Shown here: positions 30,720 to 40,264 of the stretch, piece after piece
Numbering within the stretch: the first letter of the stretch is position 1
Layout of the letters: every line of letters starts with the position of its first letter
Assembly (NCBI GenBank): GCA_001777575.1
Contig: MFEL01000018.1
Location: forward strand, 8,264-72,263
Length of the DNA stretch: 64,000 bases
From: Candidatus Doudnabacteria bacterium RIFCSPHIGHO2_01_FULL_46_24
Lineage (GTDB): Bacteria > Patescibacteriota > Doudnabacteria > UBA920 > O2-02-FULL-48-8
Reading direction: 5' to 3'
Program-made: the position numbers and the translations under genes
The notes under the pieces: model-generated
The model's input: only the letters and a program-made list of their open reading frames with translations
Told to the model about the DNA's origin: nothing
Databases searched by the model: none

Positions 30720-32576
30720 ATGCAAAAAAGCTTAACAGATAAAATCAAAGAACTTCCCAACCAACCCGGGGTCTATATTTTCAAAGACGCCAAGGGTTTG
30801 ATTTTATATGTCGGCAAGGCGATTAACCTGCACAACCGCGTGCGGTCGTACTTTCGGGAGAGGCATCCTCCTGGCAGAGCGCCAATCTTGGAGGATGCCC
30901 CTCCACGCATCCAGCTCATGATTTCTCAAATCGCTGATCTAGATTACACAATCACGGACAATGAGCTGGAGAGCCTGCTTTTGGAAAACAACTTTATCAA
31001 GCAGCTTAAACCCAAATACAATATCTTGATGCGGGATGATAAAAATTATCTGTTCATCAAGATTAACATCAAGGACGAAATTCCCACGATCGGCTATGAC
31101 CGGAAACCAAGTGATAAGAATGCCAGATATTTCGGGCCTTATACTTCCAGCATTGCCATCAAAGACAATCTGCGTCTGGTGCGCAAAATCTTTCCTTACT
31201 GCGCCAACAAAAAAATCACAGGCAAGCCTTGTTTTTATTTCCACATCGGCAAATGCCCGGGCGTGTGCGTGGGTAAAATTTCGCTGGCAGAGTATCGCCA
31301 AAACTACATCGGAAAAATTATCCAATTTTTGCAGGGCAAGCAATTGGAAATTCTCAAAAATCTAAAACTCCAAATGCAGGGATATGCGCGGAGTAAAATG
31401 TTTGAAAAAGCCGCCAAAGTCCGCGACCAAATTTATGCGCTTAACCGGGTGTTAGAACGACAAAAACTGGTCTATCCCAAAAAAGTTGACCAGGATGTAT
31501 TCAGCATCCATGTCGAAGCATCAATCGCCTGCGTCAATTTGTTTATAATCCGCGAAGGCAAGCTGATCAGGAAAGAAAATTTTATTCTGGAAAACACCAA
31601 GGGCGCTCAAGTTGCAAAAATCCTCTCGGAATTTTTGCCTAGATATTATTTGGAGGCCACAGATTGGCCGAGGGAGATTCTGGTGCCGGCCTTGGAGGGG
31701 CATCCTCCCAGACTGGCGCGCGGCGAGGAGGATGCCCCTCCACCAAAAATTCTCGTCCCCACCCGCGGGCAGAAACTCAAGCTCATCAAACTCGGCGAAC
31801 TAAACGCCAAGCAATTCCTGGAAGCTCAATCAGACAAACATCTGTTGGAGGAGGCTCGGCTGATGAGTGCTCTGAAAGAGCTGCAACGAGTCTTAAATCT
31901 CAAAAAATTGCCTGGCCGGATCGAAGCTTACGATATCTCCAACATCCAAGGCAGGCACGCGGTAGGCTCTATGGTCGTGTTTGACTATGGACATCCGAAA
32001 AAAGAAGATTACCGGCGATTTAAGATTAAACGCCAGACCGTGTCCGCCGAAGGCTCGCCGAAGGCGGATGACTTCGCGATGATGCGGGAAGTTCTCACTA
32101 GGCGCTTTGGAAAAACAATAACTGTTAACAATAACGATAACCGCTCATGGCCGCTGCCTGACCTCATTCTCATCGACGGTGGACGCGGCCAACTCAATGC
32201 CGCCCAATCCGTAATTCGTAATTCGCAATTCGTAATTCCCGCAATTGGCCTCGCCAAGCGCCTGGAAGAAATCTTCGTTCCCGGACAATCCAAATCTTTA
32301 ATCCTACAACCGAACTCAATAGCGCTATTCTTGTTACAAAGGATCCGCGATGAGGCCCACCGCTTCGCCGTCACTTACCACCGCAAACTCCGCTCAAAAG
32401 CAGCCAAGGCTTCGGCCCTGGACCAAATTCCAGGCATCGGAAATGCAAAAAAACGAAAAATCCTGGCTTATTTCGGATCTGTGGCTAAAATCCGCCAAGC
32501 TCCCTTGGGAGAACTTGCCCAAATCGTCGGCAACGCGCTGGCCGAAAAAATCAAAGCCAGCCTGCCTGACCGGTAG
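30720..32576 (+). CDS. uvrC: excinuclease ABC subunit C
   Basis: GIY-YIG start PGVYIFKDAKGLILYVGKA, UvrBC-binding region, RNaseH-like and HhH C-terminus; real start is ATG 30720 (TATAAT 8 nt upstream), not the track start 30549. Confidence 0.92.
   Translation: MQKSLTDKIKELPNQPGVYIFKDAKGLILYVGKAINLHNRVRSYFRERHPPGRAPILEDAPPRIQLMISQIADLDYTITDNELESLLLENNFIKQLKPKYNILMRDDKNYLFIKINIKDEIPTIGYDRKPSDKNARYFGPYTSSIAIKDNLRLVRKIFPYCANKKITGKPCFYFHIGKCPGVCVGKISLAEYRQNYIGKIIQFLQGKQLEILKNLKLQMQGYARSKMFEKAAKVRDQIYALNRVLERQKLVYPKKVDQDVFSIHVEASIACVNLFIIREGKLIRKENFILENTKGAQVAKILSEFLPRYYLEATDWPREILVPALEGHPPRLARGEEDAPPPKILVPTRGQKLKLIKLGELNAKQFLEAQSDKHLLEEARLMSALKELQRVLNLKKLPGRIEAYDISNIQGRHAVGSMVVFDYGHPKKEDYRRFKIKRQTVSAEGSPKADDFAMMREVLTRRFGKTITVNNNDNRSWPLPDLILIDGGRGQLNAAQSVIRNSQFVIPAIGLAKRLEEIFVPGQSKSLILQPNSIALFLLQRIRDEAHRFAVTYHRKLRSKAAKASALDQIPGIGNAKKRKILAYFGSVAKIRQAPLGELAQIVGNALAEKIKASLPDR
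30858..30905. repeat. 48-bp palindromic element in frame in uvrC, copy 1 (encodes ERHPPGRAPILEDAPP)
   Basis: GGAGAGGCATCCTCC-tggcagagcgccaatctt-GGAGGATGCCCCTCC. Confidence 0.75.
31695..31742. repeat. 48-bp palindromic element in frame in uvrC, copy 2 (encodes EGHPPRLARGEEDAPP)
   Basis: GGAGGGGCATCCTCC-N18-GGAGGATGCCCCTCC. Confidence 0.75.
32206..32240. repeat. tandem AATCCGT/AATTCGT/AATTCGC heptamer array in frame in uvrC
   Basis: aatccgtaattcgtaattcgcaattcgtaattccc encodes SVIRNSQFVIP. Confidence 0.65.
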
Positions 32577-32626
32577 CAGGCCTTTGACATATTCCAATAC
32601 TTTTGGCAAAATATCAAGGCTTATTC

Positions 32627-32728
32627 ATCCCGTTAGAAATTGATATAGCCAGTATTAATCGTAACGCAATATCTGACGAGGATCGAGAAATGGCAAGATA
32701 GCATAATTAACCAGTTTCTAAACGGGAT
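32627..32728. promoter_or_regulatory. inverted-repeat element copy B (ATCCCGTTAGAAAT ... GTTTCTAAACGGGAT) with right arm ending on the secG ATG
   Basis: The downstream arm reads tttctaaacgggATGaatc, so the secG start codon is within the arm. Confidence 0.6.
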
Positions 32729-32951
32729 GAATCTTAAAGATATTTTCACTTTCAGCCTGATTGGTGTCTCGGTGCTGCTGGTCATCGTCATTCTCCTTCA
32801 GCAGAAAGAGGGCGGGTTATCCACCGTCTTTGGCGGGGAGGGCACGGTTTACCGCCAAAAGCGAGGCTTGGCCAAAGGTTTGCATTATTTCACCGTTGTC
32901 TTGGCGGTGCTGTTCATCGCCTTAAGCATTATGGTACTGTTCATGCAATAA
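32727..32951 (+). CDS. secG: preprotein translocase subunit SecG
   Basis: Two TM helices with ILLQQKEGGLSTVFGG between them, 74 aa. Confidence 0.6.
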   Translation: MNLKDIFTFSLIGVSVLLVIVILLQQKEGGLSTVFGGEGTVYRQKRGLAKGLHYFTVVLAVLFIALSIMVLFMQ

Positions 32952-34771
32952 TGCCAAAATTTTTCTCCAATTTCCCAAAGACCCCGCAAGGTCTTTTTTC
33001 ACAAATACGGGAAGCCGCTAAACACTCTGCCCGCTTCTTAGTCAAGCTGACAATCGAAGCGATTAAGGGCTTGGGCGCGGTTAAACATTCTCGGCCGCAT
33101 CACGCGCTTAAAATCTTCAAAGGCCTTACGCGGAAAGATCTGCTCACGCTGACTGGTTTTGTTTTGCTTATCGCCTTCGGCTCAATATTGGTCCGGGCCA
33201 GTGGCCGCATTCCAGATGGGCAGCCGGATTTCGGGGGGGAATACACGGAAGGGTTAGTCGGCCAGCCACAATTCTTAAACCCAGTGCTTTCTGCCGCCTC
33301 CGGCGTGGATTCTGACATTACGCGAATCATCTACGCCCAGCTTTTGAAATTCGACAAAGACCTCAAGCTCATTCCCGATCTCGCCGAAAACTTGCCGACA
33401 ATCTCTGCGGACCAAAAAACCTATACCATCAAACTCAAGCCCAATCTCAAATGGCAGGATGGCCGGGCAATCCTCTCTGATGACGTTGTTTACACGGTCC
33501 AGACCATCCAAAATTCGGCGTTCGAATCGCCGCTTCGCGCCAATTTCAGCCGCGTCAAAATCGAAAAAGTTGATGATCTGACCATCAACTTCGTGCTCCG
33601 GGAAGTTTCGGCTTCTTTCATCATCAATCTCACTTTAGCCCCCTTGCCCAGGCACATGTGGGAAAACCTACCTCCCACCAACTTCCGGCTGACTGACCTC
33701 AATCTCAAACCTATTGGCAGTGGCCCGTTTGTCGTCCGAGAACTCAAAAAAACTTCGGACGGGACGGTCAAATCCATCACTCTCAAAGCCAATGATAATT
33801 ATTATGCCGGCCGGCCTTTCCTCGACCGCATCATTTTCAAATTTTATCTGGATTATGACGGATTGATCAACGCCTACCAGTCCAAGGAGATTCAAGGGAT
33901 TGGGTACTTGCCTTTTGACAAAAAAATGTTTGTCGAAAGCTCCGATCGCCTCAATCAGCATCGCATCAACATCCCGCAATACCAGGCCGTTTTTTTCAAC
34001 CTCTCCAAAAATTCGGTGCTGATTGACAAGGCCGTAAGGCAAGGGTTGTGGCTGGCTACAAATAGGCAAACGGTCATCGATGAAGTTTACGGCGGGTTTG
34101 CCAGAGCGGCCTCCGGACCCATCCTGGAAGGAAATCTGGGCTATAATCCGCAAGTGGCAGAACGCACTCACACCGATCTAAATGAAGCGGCGGCAATTTT
34201 GGACAAAGCGGGATGGGTTCTGGACCCCGAGACTGGGGTGCGCGCCAAGTCCGTTTCTGGCGGAAAAAAACCGCTCGAGTTCACCTTAGCCACCAACAAC
34301 TTCGTGCTCAATGTCAAAACCGCGCAAATTCTACAGAAACAGTGGGAGCAGTTGGGTGTTAACGTGCGCCTAACCATCGTCTCGGCCAATGAATTGGAAC
34401 AACAGTACATCCGGCCGAGAAACTTCGATGCCCTGCTGTTTTCCGAAAATACCGGTGCCGATCCAGATCCATTCGCCTTCTGGCACTCTTCGCAGTCGCG
34501 CGATCCTGGCCTGAACCTTTCCGGATTCAGCAACGCCGAGGTTGACCGGCTCCTGACAACGGCCCGCCAGACTTTTGACACCAATGTTCGTGACCAGAAT
34601 TACAAGCAGTTCCAGATGATCGTCACAGACTCCATCCCGGCCATTTTCTTGGACAGCGCCGTATTTGTTTACAACCTGCCCAAAAAACTGCAGGGTGTTG
34701 AATTTTCGACCATCATCGCCCCGTCCGAACGCTTCTGGAACATCCACCAGTGGTATATTGAAACGAGGTGA
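32951..34771 (+). CDS. ABC transporter substrate-binding protein, family 5 (Opp/Dpp-like)
   Basis: 606 aa, N-terminal TM/signal anchor, typical SBP_bac_5 length and composition. Confidence 0.65.
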   Translation: MPKFFSNFPKTPQGLFSQIREAAKHSARFLVKLTIEAIKGLGAVKHSRPHHALKIFKGLTRKDLLTLTGFVLLIAFGSILVRASGRIPDGQPDFGGEYTEGLVGQPQFLNPVLSAASGVDSDITRIIYAQLLKFDKDLKLIPDLAENLPTISADQKTYTIKLKPNLKWQDGRAILSDDVVYTVQTIQNSAFESPLRANFSRVKIEKVDDLTINFVLREVSASFIINLTLAPLPRHMWENLPPTNFRLTDLNLKPIGSGPFVVRELKKTSDGTVKSITLKANDNYYAGRPFLDRIIFKFYLDYDGLINAYQSKEIQGIGYLPFDKKMFVESSDRLNQHRINIPQYQAVFFNLSKNSVLIDKAVRQGLWLATNRQTVIDEVYGGFARAASGPILEGNLGYNPQVAERTHTDLNEAAAILDKAGWVLDPETGVRAKSVSGGKKPLEFTLATNNFVLNVKTAQILQKQWEQLGVNVRLTIVSANELEQQYIRPRNFDALLFSENTGADPDPFAFWHSSQSRDPGLNLSGFSNAEVDRLLTTARQTFDTNVRDQNYKQFQMIVTDSIPAIFLDSAVFVYNLPKKLQGVEFSTIIAPSERFWNIHQWYIETR

Positions 34772-34921
34772 GGAATAAGATAAAATAAGTTGTTGAGAGC
34801 CGATGGGGCACGTGGCGGAACCCGCGCACCAAAGCATAGCTTGGTGCAGCGCAGGCTGACATATTTACCCCGTACTAATTTTGCTCGAGTGGTGAAATGG
34901 CATTGGTTGTGTGCAGTTGGC

Positions 34922-35008
34922 GGGCGTGTGGCGGAACTGGCATACGCGCACGCTTCAGGAGCGTGTGGGAGCAATCCCGTGAGAGTTCAAATCTCTCCAC
35001 GCCCACCA
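34922..35008 (+). tRNA. tRNA-Leu (anticodon CAG), type II with long variable arm
   Basis: Hand fold: acceptor GGGCGTG/CACGCCC, 3-bp D stem, anticodon loop TTCAGGA, variable hairpin GGGA-gcaa-TCCC, T-loop TTCAAAT, encoded CCA. Confidence 0.85.
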
Positions 35009-35116
35009 ACTGCTCATAACACGTCCCGCCAACGACGGGATGGGAGCAATCCCGTGAGAGTTCAAATCCTCTCGTGCCCACCAAAAAAACATAAAGCTGA
35101 AGCCTTATGTTTTTTT

Positions 35117-35152
35117 ATCCCCACACCAAAATTTGGTGTGGGGATTTATTTT
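35117..35152. terminator. rho-independent terminator(s) between the tRNA cluster and the convergent surface-protein gene
   Basis: ATCCCCACACC-aaaattt-GGTGTGGGGAT-ttatttt, preceded by a second imperfect hairpin with T7. Confidence 0.55.
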
Positions 35153-35184
35153 AATCAGTCAGTGCGTAAGCCCTTAGCTTTAAA

Positions 35185-36318
35185 TTATTCCGGCCCTTTG
35201 ATCCCAGATTTGAGCGCGGTTACAAACATTACGATTAGAACTATGGCGGCAAAACCGATTCCCAACCATGGCAGCCACGGCAGGCGCTCGGTTAGCCGGC
35301 TTTCTTCGTTGTCACAAGCATCACCAATTTTATCTGAATCAGTATCTTGCTGGCCGTTGTTGGGCTGGTCCGGGCAGTTATCCTGACTATTGATCAAGCC
35401 GTCGCGGTCAAAGTCATCGCAAGCGTCACCGCGGCCATTGGCGTTAATGTCCGCCTGGTCAGTATTGGCCTCGGACACGCAATTATCATTCACGTCCGGG
35501 ATATTGTCGCCATCAATATCCGCTCTGACAAAAAATTGATTGCGTTGTGAGAAGAGTGAGCCTATTTTCAAAACATCTTGGTCGCTTGTTAGATTTGCCG
35601 ATTCCCCGACTGTCATTGAAACCCACCTGTCGGAATCAAAGTAAATTTGATACTCGCGGTTGGGCTGAGCCAAAAATCTCAAGGCGTCTGCTTTGACTTG
35701 TACAGCGTTTTCTTGAGCCAACCGCAGTTCGGCGATTCGCAGAGGCTGGCTGTAGGTAAAATTAATAAACCACTGGCTCGCCGAGGTTTTCGGGAAGCGG
35801 ACGGTTTCCACCAGCATGGAAGTTTTAGCCAGGACTGTTTTGTACCCCGCGTTCGAGTCGAACGTCTGGATCTCGACAGTATTAGGCAAGGCCACATAGT
35901 TATCCAGCAAGGCCGACAAGGAAGAAGATGTGATCGGCGATTGGCTGTTAATCATAATTTGAGCGCTTCCCGGACCTTCTGCTGGCAATAAAAATTCGGT
36001 ATAAGTCTGGAAATTGCCATCAACCATGGATGAAGTATTGGAATTATTATCGGAGCTGACGGTGAAAACAATCTGGTTGGTCAGAGTCTTTTGCTTAAAA
36101 TAATACGGTTGAAAAGCATCAGTGCTCTTATCCAGCACGGCAAAATCAAAGCGCTCAACAAATTCCTGGTCAAACGGCACTTCCACTACAGTGGGCACGC
36201 TGATGGGAAGCTGGTCTACATCTTTAAATTGCCTAAACGCTGAAATTTCAGGGCTAGCGGCAGATGCCAATTGCCCAAAGACCAGGCTGGTTATTATGAC
36301 AAAAATTTTTGAAGGCAT
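35185..36318 (-). CDS. secreted/cell-surface protein with thrombospondin-type-3-like Ca-binding repeats and C-terminal TM anchor
   Basis: Signal peptide; DxDxDG-type repeats DIDGDNIPDVNDNC..DQADINANGRGDACDDFDRDGLINSQDNCP; C-terminal hydrophobic helix. Confidence 0.55.
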   Translation of the reverse strand: MPSKIFVIITSLVFGQLASAASPEISAFRQFKDVDQLPISVPTVVEVPFDQEFVERFDFAVLDKSTDAFQPYYFKQKTLTNQIVFTVSSDNNSNTSSMVDGNFQTYTEFLLPAEGPGSAQIMINSQSPITSSSLSALLDNYVALPNTVEIQTFDSNAGYKTVLAKTSMLVETVRFPKTSASQWFINFTYSQPLRIAELRLAQENAVQVKADALRFLAQPNREYQIYFDSDRWVSMTVGESANLTSDQDVLKIGSLFSQRNQFFVRADIDGDNIPDVNDNCVSEANTDQADINANGRGDACDDFDRDGLINSQDNCPDQPNNGQQDTDSDKIGDACDNEESRLTERLPWLPWLGIGFAAIVLIVMFVTALKSGIKGPE

Positions 36319-36321
36319 GAA

Positions 36322-38028
36322 TTATGATTTCTTGCGGCCGATGAAAGCCGTACTCATGAGCAGAGCGCCTATGAGGAAGAAAGTGATGATGCGTCCGGCA
36401 AGCTGCATTTTCCAGACATCCACAAACAACAATCTTAAGACCACAAATCCCAAAAGCAACCCGGCATAAACTCGCAGTTCCTTGCTTTCCTTTAATCCGG
36501 CGTAAATATAAATCGCCAAACCGATCAAAGTGTAGATAATCAAAGCGATCATCACCGCCAGGTCTTTATTCACAAGCCCTGCTTGCAAAGACAGCCAGAG
36601 TAGAAGGTAAAAATACATAGACCCAGCCACAAGCAAAATTACTTCCAACTGATCAGGCTTGGTCTTGATCAGCTTGGTTTCCAAAAAGAAAAACAACCCA
36701 AGGCCGAAAATCGCCAAACCTAAAATTAGTAGGACAAAAAAATCTTCATGGATAACGCCCACCGACCAAGCTCGGGAGGTGACACTCGAAAAAGACAGTA
36801 AAACTGGCCCAATTAAAAGCATGCTCAAACGCTTTGATATATCTAAATCCTTCAACAGTAGGTAAGCCACAAGGCAAATAATCGCGGCCTCAACCGTGTA
36901 AGCAATGGTTAGAGCCGCCCCTTGCAATTGGGCAGCAGTGGCAGCCGCAATCATGGCAACGCCCACGCCGGCATAAACGTAAAACGGCTCATTTCTCCGG
37001 GTCAATTTGAAAATCAAGAAAGCGCCTGACACAAATACGATCATCCAAGCACTTATGATCAGACTCTTCCATTGATCAGGGGCCGCAACCCAAATCCAAA
37101 TCAACAAAAACAAGCCGTTACCCCCGGCGGCGATGATATCAGGCAAAACATCTCCGACTTTCCTCTTCAGGATCCCCAACGTGTTGGTGAGAAAAAAAAT
37201 CGCGGCAAAGCCGTAAGCAAAAGGAAGTAGAAGACTTCTGTAAGTACTAATATATAAAAAATGCGGCGCGCTGTAAAACACAACAAGCAAAAGCGCCGCA
37301 ACAGTCAGGTCGCGCCAGCCTGTTATGGCTACAATCCAAATGGTGCCCAGTACGACCACGATCAGATATGAAAAAAGTTGGACAAAATCCGACTGGGGTG
37401 AATTAGTCAAAAACGGGGCAATGCCAGCCAAGATCAGACTGACTAAAGCCAGCGATTTGACCTTAAACTTAACGCTAGCTGTGGCCACGAAAGCAACCGA
37501 AATAAACATCACCGCCAGAGCCGTGACTGGAGTGAAGAATCCGTAAATTTCCCTGGCCGCAAAAATCGTCAACAAAATAACGGTTGAACCCAAAACCATA
37601 AACACTGAACCTTGATGGATCCAAGTCCTAATCCGCCACCAGCCCAAAATCAAAATCAACGCCCCTGCCACAATTCCGAGCGTGATCCTGCCCATGGGGC
37701 CAATCCAATTATTCAAAAACGCGTAAGTTGTCAACCAGCCAAATCCAATCAGCAACAACAGGGCTCCCAATTTCAAGAGCCAGTCTTCTTTTAGCCAATT
37801 AAAAAATAATGTCGGCCAGTTCGGCCCGAGTTGAATCGGAGCCGCGGCCGGTTGCGGTTGGGTTAAAGTAGGCGGCATCTGTCCTGGCACTTGAGCCTGG
37901 ATTTGAGATTGCTCAGCTGGGTTGTTTTGAGCTTTATGAAGCTCGCGTTCCAGCCTGCTTACCCGACCCTTAAGATTAAAAACCAGGACAAAAAGGATAA
38001 TTACACCGATAAATAGAAGGAGTTCCAT
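36322..38028 (-). CDS. large polytopic membrane protein (coiled-coil/Pro-Gln-rich N-terminus, then more than 15 TM helices)
   Basis: Hydrophobicity pattern over 568 aa. Confidence 0.55.
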   Translation of the reverse strand: MELLLFIGVIILFVLVFNLKGRVSRLERELHKAQNNPAEQSQIQAQVPGQMPPTLTQPQPAAAPIQLGPNWPTLFFNWLKEDWLLKLGALLLLIGFGWLTTYAFLNNWIGPMGRITLGIVAGALILILGWWRIRTWIHQGSVFMVLGSTVILLTIFAAREIYGFFTPVTALAVMFISVAFVATASVKFKVKSLALVSLILAGIAPFLTNSPQSDFVQLFSYLIVVVLGTIWIVAITGWRDLTVAALLLVVFYSAPHFLYISTYRSLLLPFAYGFAAIFFLTNTLGILKRKVGDVLPDIIAAGGNGLFLLIWIWVAAPDQWKSLIISAWMIVFVSGAFLIFKLTRRNEPFYVYAGVGVAMIAAATAAQLQGAALTIAYTVEAAIICLVAYLLLKDLDISKRLSMLLIGPVLLSFSSVTSRAWSVGVIHEDFFVLLILGLAIFGLGLFFFLETKLIKTKPDQLEVILLVAGSMYFYLLLWLSLQAGLVNKDLAVMIALIIYTLIGLAIYIYAGLKESKELRVYAGLLLGFVVLRLLFVDVWKMQLAGRIITFFLIGALLMSTAFIGRKKS

Positions 38029-38060
38029 ATGCCCGAATTATACCATACCAGGACGCCGGA

Positions 38061-38089
38061 TTGACTAAATCAAGAAAAGGGTGTATAAT
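38061..38089 (+). promoter_or_regulatory. consensus promoter TTGACT-17-TATAAT about 185 nt upstream of rnj
   Basis: Read directly; followed by the hairpin GCCGC-ttta-GGCGG-atttttc at 38101-38124. Confidence 0.45.
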
Positions 38090-38274
38090 ATATAAAAGAG
38101 TATTTCATGCCGCTTTAGGCGGATTTTTCGAAAGTTGACAAAAAACAGTTAATTACTGCTAATTGATTGTCTTGTGTTAACTTGAGTTTCCACAGGCCAG
38201 CGGTCCAGCCCTGCCTGAAACTCATAAACTATAATATAACCCCGCTGACACACGGGAGAAAGTGTTTTGTGCAT

Positions 38275-40059
38275 ATGATTATGCGTAGGCAAGCTGTGGT
38301 CATGCCTAGCGCCCCGCTTCGCCCGCGAAGCGAGGCGAGCAGGCAGGCTGAACGAGTTCAACAGCATACAGCCCAAAAACAGCCAGACTCCAAACTGACG
38401 CTCAAAGTAATTCCTTTGGGCGGCATTGAGGAAGTCGGGGAAAACATGACCGTACTGGAGTACGGCGACGATATCTTGGTCATTGACGCCGGCATCGGGT
38501 TTCCGGACGAAACCATGCCCGGGATTGATTACATCATCCCCAACACCAAGTACCTAGAGGATAACAAAAAGAAAATCAGGGGGATGATCATCACTCACGG
38601 CCACTTGGATCACATTGGCGCCATTCCTTACATCATGCCCAAAATCGGTGATCCGCCGATTTACACCATGAAATTAACGGGCGAATTCATCAAAAAGCGA
38701 CTGGAAGAATTCCACCTACTCGGCCGCTCCACCATCCACGAAGTCAACAAGGACGACGTACTGACGCTGGGCAATTTCCGCATCCGGTTTTTCCGCCTCA
38801 ATCACAACATTCCGGACAGCGTCGGGTTGGCCATCAACACTCCAGCCGGACTTCTGGTTTACGCCACGGACTGGAAATTTGACCACACGCCCGTAGACGG
38901 CAAGCCTACGGAATTCGGCAAACTCGCGCAATTCGGCGCGGAAGGGGTGGCGCTTCTCATGTCTGACTCGACCAACGCCGAAAAACCCGGCTATTCCATG
39001 TCCGAAAAAACATTGGGCGAAACCATTGACCGACTGCTTTTAGAAGCCAAAGGCCGCGTGATTTTTGCGACCTTCTCGACCCTTATCGGCCGGGTGCAGC
39101 AGCTTTTGGATGCTGCGCACAAAAGCAACCGCAAAGTGGTCATCACCGGCCGTTCCTTGGTCAACAGCGTAGAAATTTGCCTATCCACCAACTATCTCCA
39201 GCTGCCGGCCAAGGGCATGATCATCAAAATGGATCAAGCCAAACGGCTGCCTGACAACCAAGTTGTCATTCTCACCACGGGTTCACAAGGCGAAGAATTT
39301 TCGGCCCTGGCCAGAATCTCGCGCAGCGAGCACAAGACGATTCAGATCAAAAAGGGTGACACGGCCGTCGTGTCCGCTTCGCCCATTCCGGGCAACGAAC
39401 GCTCGATTTCCTCCACACTTTCGAACCTCGCTCGTCTCGGTGCAAAAGTCTTGTACATGAAAATTCTGGACATCCACACCTCAGGCCACGCTTACCAGGA
39501 AGATCTGAAGCTCATGGTAGCGCTGACCCGGCCAAAAAACTTCATGCCCATCCACGGTGAATACCACATGCTTGTGGCGCACGCCAATCTGGCCCGCGAC
39601 GTCGGCGTGCCGGAATCAAATATCTTCACACTCAACAATGGGCAGATGCTGGAATTAAGTTCAGCCGGAGTCGGCGTGAAAGAAGCCAGAATCCCGACCG
39701 GCTATGTTTTCGTGGACGGCTTGGGGGTTGGGGATGTCGGCGAAGTGGTGCTGCGAGATCGCCAGGTCATGAGCCAGGACGGCATGTTCGTGGTCATTAT
39801 GACCATCGACAAAAAAACGGGCAAACTGACGCAACAGCCAGACATAATTTCTCGCGGCTTCATCTACATGAAGGGTTCTGAGGATTTGCTCAAGGAAGTC
39901 AAACATGAAGTCCGTAAGGTCGTGGAGACCAAAAACAAAAAACCCTCTGAGGCCAACTGGGCCTATATCCGCTCTGAGGTCCGCGACCAAATCGGGGAAT
40001 TCCTCTATCAGCGAACCGAAAGACGCCCAATGATACTCCCAGTTGTGATTGAAGTATAA
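38275..40059 (+). CDS. rnj: ribonuclease J (metallo-beta-lactamase / beta-CASP)
   Basis: VIPLGGIEEVGENMT, HGHLDHIGA, beta-CASP and C-terminal domain; start placed at ATG 38275 (track start 38167 adds a non-homologous leader); start uncertain. Confidence 0.85.
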   Translation: MIMRRQAVVMPSAPLRPRSEASRQAERVQQHTAQKQPDSKLTLKVIPLGGIEEVGENMTVLEYGDDILVIDAGIGFPDETMPGIDYIIPNTKYLEDNKKKIRGMIITHGHLDHIGAIPYIMPKIGDPPIYTMKLTGEFIKKRLEEFHLLGRSTIHEVNKDDVLTLGNFRIRFFRLNHNIPDSVGLAINTPAGLLVYATDWKFDHTPVDGKPTEFGKLAQFGAEGVALLMSDSTNAEKPGYSMSEKTLGETIDRLLLEAKGRVIFATFSTLIGRVQQLLDAAHKSNRKVVITGRSLVNSVEICLSTNYLQLPAKGMIIKMDQAKRLPDNQVVILTTGSQGEEFSALARISRSEHKTIQIKKGDTAVVSASPIPGNERSISSTLSNLARLGAKVLYMKILDIHTSGHAYQEDLKLMVALTRPKNFMPIHGEYHMLVAHANLARDVGVPESNIFTLNNGQMLELSSAGVGVKEARIPTGYVFVDGLGVGDVGEVVLRDRQVMSQDGMFVVIMTIDKKTGKLTQQPDIISRGFIYMKGSEDLLKEVKHEVRKVVETKNKKPSEANWAYIRSEVRDQIGEFLYQRTERRPMILPVVIEV

Positions 40060-40177
40060 AGTCACTCAGCGTGAGTCTCGCCCCGCACCGGAGCGACAGC
40101 GACTGGTGCGGGGTATCAGCGCACCGAGCGCCGGCCGATGATTCTTCCTGTGGTAATTGAGGTATAATTAAAAAAAC

Positions 40178-40232
40178 AATTACGGATTGCGGATTAACGA
40201 ATTGCCAATTCGTAATTCGTTAATTCGTAATT
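40178..40232. repeat. intergenic tandem heptamer array (ATTACGG/ATTGCGG/AATTCGT family) upstream of the trpS promoter
   Basis: caattacggattgcggattaacgaattgccaattcgtaattcgttaattcgtaatt. Confidence 0.65.
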
Positions 40233-40264
40233 TTTTAATTTTAGAGTTATAATAAACTCACTCT

